A stretch of 64,000 nt of DNA from Macrostomum hystrix (taxonomy: Eukaryota > Animalia > Platyhelminthes). The position numbers and the translations under genes are program-made. Under the pieces are notes generated by a model. The model had not been told where the DNA came from, did no database searches, and saw only the letters and a program-made list of their open reading frames with translations. The stretch covers positions 744,001 to 808,000 of the forward strand of contig CATNEN010000027.1 in assembly GCA_950097015.1 (NCBI GenBank), read 5' to 3'. Positions 63,299-64,000 of the stretch are shown in pieces (the stretch's first letter is position 1; every line of letters begins with the position of its first letter).

Positions 63299-64000
63299 AT
63301 CTAGCTACTGTGAATATCTAGCTACTGGGAAAATCTAGCTACTGGGAAAATCTAGCTACTGGGAATATGTAGCTACTGGGAATATGTAGCTACAGGGAAT
63401 ATCTAGCTACTGTGAATATCTAGCTACTGAGAAAATCCAGCTACTGGGAATATCTAGCTACTGGGAAAATCTAGCTACTGGGAATATCTAGCTACTGGGA
63501 ATATCTAGCTACTGGGAATATCTAGCTACTGGGAAAATCTAGCTACTGGGAATATCTAGCTACTGGGAATATGTAGCTACTGGGAATATGTAGCTACAGG
63601 GAATATCTAGCTACTGGGAATATCTAGCTACTGAGAAAATCCAGCTACTGGGAATATCTAGCTACTGGGAAAATCTAGCTACTGGGAATATCTAGCTACT
63701 GGGAATCTCTAGCTACTGGGAATATCTAGCTACTGGGAATATGTAGCTACTGGGAATATGTAGCTACTGGGAATATCTAGCTACTGGGAATATCTAGCTA
63801 CTGGGAATATGTAGCTACTGGGAATATGTAGCTACTGGGAATATCTAGCTACTGGGAATATCTAGCTACTGGGAATATCTAGCTACTGGGAATATCTAGC
63901 TACTGGGAATATCTAGCTACTGGGAATATCTAGCTACTGGGAATATGTAGCTACTGGGAATATCTAGCTACTGGGAATATCTAGCTACTGGGAATATCTA
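63299..64000. repeat. 17-bp satellite (TAGCTACTGGGAATATC)n, second array (runs off the window)
   Basis: Same unit and orientation as 39393-44661. Confidence 0.97.

Overview
Eukaryotic (animal) genomic DNA with no prokaryotic features. Roughly 55-60% of the window is tandem mini/microsatellite arrays filling introns and intergenic space. GC-rich exons with poly-Ala/Gln runs between AT-richer minisatellite introns resemble a flatworm such as Macrostomum (inference only). Four spliced genes were reconstructed by hand with GT-AG phase checks. (1) A Cys-loop/nicotinic acetylcholine receptor alpha-type subunit, + strand, 6 coding exons, 2934-13863, 547 aa, with a degenerate aromatic ligand box. (2) A PMP22/claudin-superfamily (TMEM47-like) gene, - strand, with TWO mutually exclusive N-terminus/TM1/ECL1 modules (A: 31044-30123 plus 27511-27407; B: 23643-23286) that splice onto shared TM2-TM4 exons (19895-19746, 19429-19182). 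(3) A DEG/ENaC channel, + strand, 47607-48317 plus 53140-54087, 552 aa, with atypical RG and GLT pore motifs. (4) A Src-family kinase, - strand, 62954-55077, whose second exon is interrupted by a full-length 6052-bp LOA/R1-like non-LTR retrotransposon with a 16-bp target-site duplication; the element tail creates an AG that could splice it out in frame. A tRNA-derived SINE-like family is present in 3 copies. Most long ORFs in the supplied track are artefacts of stop-free repeats.
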